Origin: Octopus sinensis
Lineage: Eukaryota
Direction: 5' to 3'
DNA: 41,582 bases
NCBI RefSeq assembly: GCF_006345805.1
Contig: NW_021835286.1
Coordinates: 1-41,582 of the forward strand
The translations under genes were made by a program, and so were the position numbers. The notes under the pieces were generated by a model. It was not told the origin of the DNA. It saw only the letters and a list, made by a program, of their open reading frames with translations, and ran no database searches. This document shows positions 12,579-23,105 of this stretch, one piece after another. Position 1 is the first letter of the stretch, and each line of letters opens with the position of its first letter.

Positions 12579-13144
12579 TTGGGTTGTCTGGAAAGTTTGT
12601 GCCGATTTATAGTAGCTTACATTTCGACTTATTTTAAAACATGGTTGAGTTCATAAAACAGAATTTGACTACACCTCCATTTAGAGAACAGTTTAAGCTA
12701 TCTTTTCAAGGAAGAAGGTTTATGTTCCTATAAACTGTGTTAATTTTGTGACCCTTCAAAATGGAAGATAAGAAAGTTCATTTCTGGCACTTGGTGCTTT
12801 GGGAACCAGACAAAAATTGCTGCAGCTTGGCTGGGATGTGTTACCCCACCCTCCATATTCACCAGATATTGCTCCTTCGGATTTCCACTTATTCAGGTCT
12901 CTGCAGAATAGTCTTAATGGTAAAAATTTCAATTCCTTGGATGACGTAAAATGATACCTTGATGAATTCTTTGCCATGAAACCACCTCAATTCTGGGAAG
13001 AGGGTATTTTCAAGTTAAAGGAAAGATAGAGACGCATTGTGCAACAAAATGGTTCATATTTGGTTGATTAAAAATGTAATAGGAAGTATTTATTGACCTT
13101 TTTCTTTCGTTTAAAAATCGGCACAAACTTTCCGGACAACCCAA
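12579..13144 (+). mobile_element. Internally deleted mariner element
   Basis: 30-bp TIRs (12579-12608 and 13115-13144, 1 mismatch) with flanking TA. The N-terminus MEDKKVHFWHLVLWE is fused to the C-terminus LGWDVLPHPPYSPDIAPSDFHLFRSLQN...NGSYLVD*. Confidence 0.92.
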
Positions 13145-13147
13145 TAT

Positions 13148-13522
13148 GTTTCTTTATCAGCCACACAGGGCTGCACACAGACGGGACAGATTACAAAGTA
13201 GAGCTTTGGCGGGGGAGGGGAGAAAAAAAAAGTTGGGTAGGTTTTCGATCAAAAGGGATTGTAAAAAGGGGGGAAAAAAAAACAATCAATAGGGATCGTG
13301 TATCACAGAAATGTCATGATGTAAATTGTAAAGGGGGAAGAATTTAGGTTTATCCGTGGAAAGAAAAGCCTACGGAAAAGACCACGGTAACCTCGGTCTA
13401 TAATGTCACATGTTAACACATTTGTTTGCAAGTAAGTAACCCTCTGTTTTAAAGTTTTCTGGGGTCATAGGATTATGCTCAAGGTGGCTTCGTCATTCAT
13501 AAGTGCCATCCATGCTACATTC
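13148..13522 (-). mobile_element. Second, shorter copy of the Tx1/L1-like LINE 3' end
   Basis: Aligns by eye with 11941-12375, e.g. the shared ggattatgctcaaggtggcttcgtcattcat and ggtttatccgtgg. Confidence 0.75.
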
Positions 13523-13619
13523 TATCTATGTATATCTATCTATCTATCTATCTATCTATCTAGATAGATAGATAGATAGATGTATCAAAGGAAATAAAAA
13601 ACAGAACACAAAGGATGTC

Positions 13620-13712
13620 ACGGTACACGTGTTTCGAGCTTTATAAAACAACTTATTCTTACATCAATGTATAATCGACATAACAGATAGTTCAAAAGCC
13701 CTCTTCAGCCGC
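13620..13712 (-). ncRNA. Type-I hammerhead ribozyme, canonical core
   Basis: Minus strand: GCGG-CTGAAGA-GGGCTTT...AAAGCTC-GAAA-CACGTGT-A-CCGT. It has stem I, a 7-bp stem II, a palindromic stem III (ACACGTGT) and a GUA cleavage triplet. Confidence 0.85.
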
Positions 13713-13922
13713 ATGCAATTACTACACCAAAGACTTGTATCACATTATGAAGAGTCTGAAAAAGAACATTTGGTATTATCTATAATGGTAGGTATATTGA
13801 ATTTCACTGAGAAAGTATGTTTGTAAATCATCATAATCAAATAGGTGTACAGGGTATTATTGGACTCCAAATATCCGTCCATACTGTATCATCACTCAGT
13901 ATAGACTGATAGATCCAATATC

Positions 13923-14011
<89 letters not shown>

Positions 14012-14310
14012 GGGTAGACAAAGATAGAAGAAAAACCGTAAGTTAAATAAATATTTGGATGTTTGGTCATAGGTGGACATGAAACGATTATAGCCTAGTA
14101 AAGCAATTTAAATGATAGCTTTATGTTTATTTAGCGTAACTGACATGCACAATACCATAATATACATATATGACAATAGGGGAAACAAAGGATATGAACT
14201 TGCTGGTATTTATTGACTGGCTTTTTAATGATTATTGGGTGGATGGTTAGAACATATATCAGTGTGTTGCAGTTTCACATTTGGTCAACATTATCGTTTG
14301 TATTTTATAT

Positions 14311-14926
14311 GGTTCAGACATTGGACTGTGGTCATGCTGGAGCGTAGTCTTGAAGGGTATTTTTAGTTCAATGAATCAAAGTCGGTACTTGTTTTATCAA
14401 TCTCAGTTGCTGAACTGCAAAGTTACATGGAAGTAAACAGACCAACAACAGTTGTCAAGTGGTTGGTTCAGACATTGGACTGTGGCCATGCTGGAGCATA
14501 GTCTTGAAGGGTATTTTTAGTCCAATGAATCGATGCCGGTTGTTGTTTTATCAATCTCAGTTGCTGAACTGCAAAGTTACGTGGAAGTAAACAGACCAAC
14601 AACGGTTGTCAAGTGGTTGGTTCAGACATTGGACTGTGGCCATGCTGGAGTATAGTCTGGAAAGGTATTTTTTAGTCCAACGAATCAATGCCGGTTCTTG
14701 TTTTATCAGTCGCCGTTGCTGAACTGCAAAGTTACATGGAAGTAAACAGACCAACAACAGTTGTCAAGTGGTTGGTTCAGACATTGGACTGTGGCCATGC
14801 TGGAGCATAGTCTGGAAAGGTATTTTTAGTCCAATGAATCAATGCCGGTTCTTGTTTTATCAGTCTCAGTTGCTGAACTGCAAAGTTACATGGAAGTAAA
14901 CAGACCAACAACGGTTGTCAAGTGGT
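14311..14926. repeat. Four tandem copies of a 154-155-bp SINE-derived unit
   Basis: ggttcagacattggactgtgg recurs at 14311, 14465, 14619 and 14774. Confidence 0.92.
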
Positions 14927-15067
14927 GATGTTAGTGGTGGTGGGGACAAACACAGACTCAGGGGCACACACATACATACACACAAACATGCATACACAAT
15001 CTCATACACACATGTAGACAGACAGATAGGCGGAAAGAAAGAAAAAAAGAAAGACAGAAAGACAGAA

Positions 15068-15359
15068 AGAAAGAAAGAGATAATAAAAAGCAGAAAAGTA
15101 TTAATTCCATATATAATCCACAATTTGATTGTACTCAACAGCTGTTTCACTGACAAACAACATTGATATTTATATAATCATGTAATTAAGATGCATAATG
15201 CTTTTTCTTGATGAATTGGTTACACATCTCTTTTAAATTAACATGCATGCAAATTTATTCCATCAATATTTATTACATTGTATTAATTGGTGTTTAACAA
15301 AGTAATTATGTATCTTAGTTGCATAATTATGTATCTTAATTACATGATTATATAAATAT
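15068..15359. repeat. Unclassified dispersed repeat; inverted copy at 26891-27168
   Basis: Long reverse-complement match, e.g. ctcaacagctgtttcactgac versus gtcagtgaaacagctgttgag. Confidence 0.8.
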
Positions 15360-16351
15360 GAACACACACGCACAGCACACACACACACAACATAAATACA
15401 ACACACAACATACACACACAATACACAAACACACACAACACACACAACAAACACACACAACACACAACACACGCATATATACACACAACACACGCATATA
15501 TACACACAACACACGCATATATACACACAACACACAGAGACAACACACACATACATGCACAAAATACACACACACATACACACATAACACACACAACATA
15601 CACACAGCACACACACATAACACACACACACACAATACACACACACACAACACACACACACCCAACACACACACAACACACACACACACATACACATGCA
15701 CACACACACTATTACATCTGAATTCACTGAGGTGATGCCTTTTGTAACTAAGGTCAAACCAGTGAACTATACTACCAAACCTGGCATCTGCATACTCTAA
15801 TATCAAAATTAGTCCAACATCACCACACACAACTCTCCCTCTCCTTTATAACTACCATTCCTTTCCCTCTTCCCATCATCTTCTACTCCTCCCCATCAAA
15901 TCCACACAGAACTGCCCACATACCCCCACATACCCCAATCAATCTTTGAACTGGTCAAAATTGATAAACGACTCTCACTTGTACATCCGCTCTTTCCAAC
16001 GCTAATGCCATATCATCTGAAGAAATGAATGCATGAATATGATCCACCCGATGTCCATAGATACTACAGACTGTGCTGTAATCATCCCAGGAATATGGCC
16101 TATGATCATAAGTAACACGTGATTTGTGGAAATGTGCGTAGTGTTTCATTAAATATTTATAAATTCCGTCCATGGATTATTATTGTTATTACTATATTTA
16201 TCCTACATTATATTGGCACAGCTTGGTTACAACCCCAAAAACTGGTATTGCCAGCTGGTATTATTAGGCTGTAGTTGGCATAATAAAATAGGAGCTTTTA
16301 TATGTATATTCAAAGACATTTCTCTAAACGAACTTAAATGGTATATTATAT

Positions 16352-16412
<61 letters not shown>

Positions 16413-16602
16413 TAATATTTATATATTATATAATTTTTCACTGTAGAGATTTATTTTCTGCAGAATTACTTCTGGTATTTTAGTGTTTCAAAACGAAGAC
16501 TTTTGAAAGATAACCCCCCAAGTGTAATGGGTAGAACTGTATGCATGTTTAATCTCTTGCAGACGTCTCGTGTATAGTTATGCAAATTATATTTGCAAAG
16601 AC

Positions 16603-16675
16603 AATCACACTGATGAGCTACAGACGATTACGTAAGTAATTACATCAGTGGTAATAGAGAAACTAGTGTGTGATT
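16603..16675 (+). ncRNA. Degenerate hammerhead (GUG triplet)
   Basis: AATCACA-CTGATGA-gCTA...TAGa-GAAA-CTAGT-G-TGTGATT. Stem I is a perfect 7 bp and stem III is the palindrome ACTAGT. Position 17 is G and the first stem II pair is mismatched. Confidence 0.62.
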
Positions 16676-16822
16676 AATCTATATTTTGTTTCTTTTCATT
16701 TGTCTTACTCGCTTACCTTCTGGTGTTTGCTAAATTTTTTTGAGAACATTCTTTTCTTAGTGGTAAGACCATAGCAGATCTACTTCTAGCATAATGGATG
16801 TCCACATAGTGGTCATCCCTCT

Positions 16823-16870
<48 letters not shown>

Positions 16871-16872
<2 letters not shown>

Positions 16873-18209
16873 CATCATCATCATCATCATCATCATTTAG
16901 CGTCCGCTTTCCATGCTAGCATGGGTTGGACGGTTCAACTGGGGTCTGTGAAGCTGGAAGGCTTCGTGAGGCCCAGTCAGATCTGGCAGTGTTTCTACGG
17001 CTGGATGCCCTTCCTAACGCCAACCACTCTGTGAGTGTAGTGGGTGCTTTTTACGTGCCACCCGCACAGGTGCCAGACAGGGCTGGCAAACGGCCACAAA
17101 CAGATGGTGCTTTTACGTGTCACCGGCACGGGGCCAGGCGATGCTGGCAACGGACATGAACGGATGGTGCTTTTACGTGCCACCGACACGGGGCCAGACA
17201 GGGCTGGCAAACGGCCACAAACGGATGGTGCTTTTACGTGTCACCGGCACGGGGCCAGGCGATGCTGGCAACAGACACGAACGGATGGTGCTTTTACGTG
17301 CCACCAACACGGGGCCAGACAGGGCTGGCAAACGGCCACAAACAGATGGTGCTTTTACATGTCACCACGGCACGGGGCCAGGCGATGCTGGCAACGGACA
17401 GGCGAACGGATGGTGCTTTTACGTGCCACCGACACGGGGCCAGACAGGGCTGGCAAACGCCAAACGGATGGTGCTTTTTACGTGTCACCGGCACGGGGCC
17501 AGGCGATGCTGGCAACGGACACGAACGGATGGTGCTTTTACGTGCCACCGACACGGGCAGACAGGGCTGGCAAACGCCAAAACGGATGGTGCTTTTACGT
17601 GTCACCGGCACGGGGCCAGGCGATGCTGGCAACAGACACGAATAGATGGTGCTTTTACGTGCCACCGACACGGGGCCAGACAGGGCTGCAGCAACGGCAC
17701 AAACAGATGGTGCTTTTACGTGTCACCGGCACGGGCCAGGCGAGGCTGGCAACGGACACGAACGGATGGTGCTTTTTACGTGCCACCGGCACGGGGCCAG
17801 GCGATGCTGGCAACAGACACGAACGGATGGTGCTTTTTACGTGCCACCGACACGGGGCCACAGGGCTGGCAAACGGCCACAAACGATGGTGCTTTTACGT
17901 GTCACCGGCACGGGGCCAGGCGAGGCTGGCAACAGACCAACGGATGGTGCTTTTACGTGTCACCGGCACGGGGCCAGCGATGCTGGCAACGGACACGAAT
18001 AGATGGTGCTTTTACGTGCCACCGACACGGGGCCAGACAGGGCTGGCAACGGCCACAAACAGATGGTGCTTTTACTGTCACCGGCACGGGGCCAGGCGAT
18101 GCTAGCAACGGACATGAACGGATGGTGCTTTTACGTGCCACCGACCGGGCCAGACAGGGCTGGCAAACGGCCACGAACGGACGGTGCTTTTACGTGTCAC
18201 ACCGGCACG
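16871..18209 (-). mobile_element. SINE family 3 (Meta-domain-like, (GAT)n tail) with expanded internal minisatellite
   Basis: Plus strand (cat)n-ttagcgtccgctttccatgctagcatgggttgg...ctggatgcccttcctaacgccaacc. Other copies lie at 3622-3880, 7700-8190, 21295-22120, 25561-25760 and 34660-35110. The domain name is from memory. Confidence 0.78.
17043..18209. repeat. About 60-bp minisatellite, roughly 19 subunits in alternating A/B order
   Basis: Recurrent atggtgcttttacgtg(t/c)cacc. The A subunit carries gccaggcgatgctggcaac and the B subunit gccagacagggctggcaaac. Confidence 0.9.
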
Positions 18210-18298
18210 TATATATTATATATACATACACACACATAATATACTGTTCTATGATAGAAAATTCAATAAAAAAAGTATTCCATCTGGTGTGAGACAAA

Positions 18299-18488
18299 TA
18301 TTATTTATTCAAAGGACACAATACATATAATGAAGCACTACTAATAGTTTCATATGTTGAGAAATATCTCAAACATATTCATCAGACGCAAACCACATAT
18401 CATCGCAAATATGTTTGTGATATTTCTCAACATATGAAACTATTAGTAGTGCTTCAATATATGTATTGTGTCCTTTGAATAAATAATA
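18299..18488. repeat. 81-bp inverted repeat, 28-bp spacer
   Basis: Arms 18299-18379 and 18408-18488, 2 mismatches by eye. Confidence 0.9.
18335..18389 (-). ncRNA. Type-I hammerhead ribozyme, canonical core
   Basis: Minus strand: GCGT-CTGATGA-ATATGTT-tgagatatttctc-AACATAT-GAAA-CTATTAGT-A-GTGC. Stem II is 7 bp, stem III is near-palindromic, the triplet is GUA, and stem I has two G-U pairs. Confidence 0.78.
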
Positions 18489-18747
18489 TATATATATATA
18501 TATCAGCTAAAACCTGACACTAAAACCACATTAAATGTTCATACAGCACCACTGAACATTTAATGTGGTTTTAGAGTCGAGTTTTGGCTGCTATTTCCAG
18601 CATGGTGGTATCTCTTAGATACCCTAAACTATAATTTTAAATAATTATTACCTTTGAAGGATTTTATTCCCATGCTGGCCACTTGATAAGATTGATATTT
18701 AAATAACGATCATATCCTTATTTACATAAATTTATATATGAACGATG

Positions 18748-18832
<85 letters not shown>

Positions 18833-18834
18833 TA

Positions 18835-18870
<36 letters not shown>

Positions 18871-19541
18871 TATATGCACGCACACACATACATACACACA
18901 CATGCATGCACACACACACACACAACTGAGTAAAGAGCAGAAATGAATAAATGATGCCTAATTTAATAGTTCTCCATTTCCCTCCATCTTTTCTTAATTT
19001 GTATCAGATTTAACTCGTTAACAATATTTTGATTTCTATTTTCCAAGTTTTCCTCCCAATCAAATGAGTAATTCATCACATTTAGCGATTTAATTCATTA
19101 TGTACGCTAATTACGTAATTATATAAATGTCGATTTCTTTTCCTTCTTTACTCCTCTCGAAACAGCTGTCAAGAACAATTGAATTATTAATCTTATGTAC
19201 AATTCACGCCTTTCTGCTATATACTGTTCTAAATGTATGGCTGTCAACTGTTGCTTTAGCTGTGTTTGTATATAAATGCAACTTTATTCAATCAATATTT
19301 ATTGCATTGTAATACTGTATTGGAGTTTAACGGTGTGGAAATAACTGGAGATTTAAATACCACAGATATATTTTATGATGTCTATGCATTGACTTTGTAA
19401 ATATACACTTTTTACCCTTTGTCGCTTACTTGCTTCAGTCGTTGAAGCATTGTAGCCATATGGTAAGAAGTTTGGTATGGGTGGAGAGCTGGCAGAAACG
19501 TTAGCACGCCGGGTGAAATGCTTAGCAGTATTTCTTCTGCT

Positions 19542-19787
19542 GGAGGTGTGTGGCTTAGTGGTTAGGATGTCAGCATCATGATTGTAAGATTGTGGTTTCA
19601 ATTCCTGGACCAGGCAATGCGTTGTGTTCTTGAGCAAAACACTTCATTTCACGTTGCTCCAGTCCACTCAGCTGGCAAAAATAAGTAACGCTACGATGGA
19701 CCGGCGTCCCGTGCAGCTGGGTAACATATACGCCATAGAAACCAGGAAACTGGGCCCATAAGCCTGGCTAGGCTTTAAAAGGGTGCA
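19542..19787 (+). mobile_element. tRNA-derived SINE, family 4
   Basis: A-box tggcttagtgg and B-box-like ggtttcaattcc, followed by gttcttgagcaaaacactt. It sits between two family 1 heads. Confidence 0.65.
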
Positions 19788-19790
19788 AAT

Positions 19791-20020
19791 GCGGTGAGCT
19801 GGCTGAATCGTTAGCACATCGGGTGAAATGCTTAGCGGTATTTCATCTGTTTCTACGTTCTGAGTTCAAATTCCACCGAGGTCGACTTTGCCTTTCATCC
19901 TTTCGGGGTTGATGAAATAAGTACCAGTTACGCACTGGGGTCGATGTAATCGACTTAATCCCTTTGTCTGTCCTTGTTTATCCCCTCTATTTTTAGCCCC
20001 TTGTGGGTAGTAAAGAAATA
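19791..20020 (+). mobile_element. tRNA-derived SINE, family 1 (Deu/Nin-like central domain), full length
   Basis: A-box-like tggctgaatcg and B-box gagttcaaattcc, then gcctttcatcctttcggggttgatgaaataagtacc and an A-rich tail. Further copies lie at 6301-6520(-), 35134-35363(-), 19481-19540(+), 27865-27965(-), 29961-30082(+) and 30985-31075(-). The domain name is from memory. Confidence 0.82.
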
Positions 20021-20239
20021 AGAAGCTTGCTTTCCAACCATATATATATATTGTTATATTTCGGAATGGTCATATTGCCAGTTTAGCCAATAAAAAATCT
20101 TGCACAACAAATATTTAAACGTACATATATATAAATATATATATATATATAGGAAGAATTCACACGAAAAGAACAAAAAACAAATTCAGGTGGTGTAGAC
20201 ATCAGATGTATTAGTTTAACGCTTGAGAAGTGAAAAAGT

Positions 20240-20276
20240 CTTTAACGTTTCGAGCCTATGCTCTTCAACAGAAAAG
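20240..20276 (-). ncRNA. Minimal hammerhead remnant
   Basis: Minus strand: cTTTt-CTGTTGA-A-GAGC-atag-GCTC-GAAA-CGT-T-AAAG. A6 is changed to U. Confidence 0.55.
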
Positions 20277-20389
20277 AACACAGAAAGAAACAAGGAGAGA
20301 AAATACAGAATGTGTAGTGGCTAACACACACATATGAGGGCATTCTGAGAAGCTCCTTGTTTTGGCTAAAAGAAAATATAGGATCTGTT

Positions 20390-20547
20390 AATTATGATTT
20401 TATTCAACATATACCTCTCAGATTCACACACATACTGTATCGATCCCTCAGTTTTTCTGAACCCTGTAAAAGGACTCTGAAGATTGGACGTCCATTCAGG
20501 CCTTTCACGATACCCCTAAAGCCAGGAACTTTTCAGTACCCCATTGT
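20390..20547 (-). mobile_element. Mariner-derived MITE fragment
   Basis: TIR-like end aaagccaggaacttttcagtacccc, shared with 6092-6122 (aaagccaggaacttttcagcatcccctcg). Its internal sequence resembles a mariner ORF end. Confidence 0.45.
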
Positions 20548-20569
20548 ATATGTATTAGGTCTCTTTTAC

Positions 20570-20761
20570 TCTTTTACTTGTTTCAGTCATTTGACTGTGG
20601 CCATGCTGAAGCACCGCCTTATTTTTTGTAAGCCCAGTACTTATTCTATCACTCCCTGTTGCCGAACTGCTAAGTTACGGGGACGTAAACACACCAGCAT
20701 CACTTGTCAAGCGATGTTGGGGACAAACTCAGACACACAAATATACACACACACACATGCG

Positions 20762-20793
<32 letters not shown>

Positions 20794-21010
20794 CACACAC
20801 ACACACACGCACACACACACACACACACACATATACATATACATATATACGACGGGCTTCTTTCAGTTTCTGTCTACCAAATCCACTCACAAGACTTTGG
20901 TCGGCCTGAGGCTATAGTAGAAGACACTTGCCCAAGGTGCCACGCAGTGGGGTTGAATCTGGAACCACGTGGTTCATAAGCAAGCTACTTACCACACAGC
21001 CACTCCTACA
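20570..21010 (-). mobile_element. SINE family 2, near full length with internal (CA)n
   Basis: Both halves are present, separated by the microsatellite. Confidence 0.78.
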
Positions 21011-22220
21011 TCTGTTATATATATATATCTTTATATATATATACTATGGGCTTCGTTCAGTTTCCGTCTACCAAATCCACTCACGAGGCTTTGGTCAGCC
21101 CGAGGCTATAGTAGAAGACACTTGGCCAAGGTGCCACGCAGTGGGATTGAACCCAGGACCATGTGGTTGGTAAGCAATCTATTTACCACACAGCCACTCC
21201 TGCACCTATTTGTTATCTGATGAGATGTTAGAGTATCGATCTGCAAATAGTGATGCAGAAGTCATCCAGCAAGGAAATAATGTGAATGGAGATATCATCA
21301 TCATCATCATCATTTAGCGTCCATTTTCCATGCTAGCATGGGTTGGACGGTTCAACTGGGGTCTGGGGAGCCCGAAGGCTGCACCAGGCCAGTCAGATCT
21401 GGCAGTGTTTCTACAGCTGGATGCCCTTCCTAACGCCAACCACTCCGAGAGTGTAGTGGGTGATTTTATGTGCCACCGACACAGGTGCCAGACGAGGCTG
21501 GCGAACGGCCACGCTCGGATGGTGTTTTTATGTGCCACCGACACAGGTGCCAGACGAGGCTGGCAGACGGCCACGCTCGGATGGTGTTTTTATGTGCCAC
21601 CGACACAGGTGCCAGATGAGGCTGGCGGACAGCCACGATCGGATGGTGTTTGTTACGTCCCCAAAGCACGGAGGCCAGTCTATGCGGTACTGGCTACGGC
21701 CACGTTCGGATGATTTTTCTTGTGTGCCACCGGCACTGGTACCACCGGCACTGGTACCACAAGATACAAATTCCATTGATGTTCATCTATTTTGATTTGT
21801 TTTGATTTGATTTGATTTTCACTTGCCTCAACAGGTCTTCACAAGTGTCACAAGAAGGAAGGTATGCACAGGTGGACTGACTACGTCCCAGGTAGGGGCC
21901 ACGGGTTATGGCCTGACTAGTCTTGCCGGGTCTTCGGATGGTGTTTTTATGTGCCACCGACACAGGTGCCAGATGAGGCTGGCGAACGGCCACGATCGGA
22001 TGGTGTTTGTTGCGTGCCCACAGCACGGAGGCCAGTCGATGCGGTACTGGCTACGGCCACGTTCGGATGGTTTTCTTGTGTGCCACCGGCACTGGTACCA
22101 CAAAGATACAAATTCCATTGATATATATATATATATATTATATATATATATATATATTGATAAAACGGTAAGATAACAAAAGAAAGAAAGAGACCTCAAT
22201 ATTATGTAAATAGAGGAAAT

Positions 22221-22602
22221 TATCTATACAATATGTTACATTACTCGGTAGTCAAGATAAAACTCTGAGTTTCAGATGCCGAAGTGGAAATCCACAACAC
22301 CATCTCTTCGGTTATCTGGCTATTTGAAAACGTTATGAAAAAATACCGTTAAAAATGAAGGGAAATTACTCTGTTATAATTCTGCTTTGCTGCGTACTTA
22401 TACATCGCTCGCATTTTTCGTCATAAAATTATATAAAATACATAAAAATATATAAAAATATATAAAAATATATAAAATCTTCTTGGGACATAACACAGAA
22501 AGCATGTTCTATCCGTTTTCTTTAGGGGACCAAAAACGTAACAGAAATTTAGTCACATGTGGGCATGATCCGAAAAGCTCTGTCCTTGTATTTAGACATG
22601 TG
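22221..22602 (-). repeat. Inverted pseudo-LTR copy (left arm)
   Basis: Near-identical reverse complement of 24468-24842; differences are concentrated in the AT-rich TATAAAAA repeats. Confidence 0.93.
22249..22322 (-). ncRNA. Second copy of the hammerhead-like variant (inverted pseudo-LTR)
   Basis: Exact reverse complement of the motif at 24741-24814. Confidence 0.6.
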
Positions 22603-22790
22603 TAAGAGTTGTGTGTATTTGCTGTTATCTACCAGGTATAAGTTCTTGGTTTTATCCGAAAAAAGTGCTTTTTTCTTGGAGCTTTTTATATGATCAATAT
22701 CTTTTTTCAATTTATGTTGGAAATTGTTAAAAGACTTACGAAACTTTATTTTGCTCATGATCTTCAGCAGGTCCGCTTCGAAATCTTCCA
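22599..22790 (-). pseudogene. Inverted upstream fragment of the same PLE ORF
   Basis: Minus strand reads LEDFEADLLKIMSKIKFRKSFNNFQHKLKKDIDHIKSSKKKALFSDKTKNLYLVDNSKYTQLLH. Its last 46 nt (22599-22644) are the exact reverse complement of 22791-22836, where the plus-strand ORF begins. Confidence 0.85.
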
Positions 22791-23105
22791 AACTTATACC
22801 TGGTAGATAACAGCAAATACACACAACTCTTACACAACAGCATCATTAATAATTATACTAAGGCTAGGGCACAGACATATAACGAAATTAATAAAGAAGC
22901 TAGTGTCATCGCCGCTAAACTTAAATTAGATAAAAAATAGAAAACCCCCCCAAAAAGAGGCCTTTATTACTATTAAAGACCACAAAGAAAACTTCCTTTC
23001 CAACCCTAAATGTAGGCTTATCAACCCACCAAGTCAGAACTAGGGATTATTAGCAAAGAAATTTTAGATAAAATAAATACGAAAATTAAGACCGATACTA
23101 GGCTA

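Noticed and set aside
17044-18292. 353-391 aa ORFs with repeated Cys/Trp motifs
   Set aside because: They arise from the SINE-internal 60-bp minisatellite, and the frames switch at indels.
19791-19880. tRNA genes (A/B boxes here and at 19542, 35769, 40241)
   Set aside because: They are SINE heads: they continue into repeat bodies and do not form full cloverleaves.
21216-21300. CTGATGA...GAAA hammerhead candidate
   Set aside because: Seven extra bases lie between stem II and GAAA, and neither stem III nor stem I forms.
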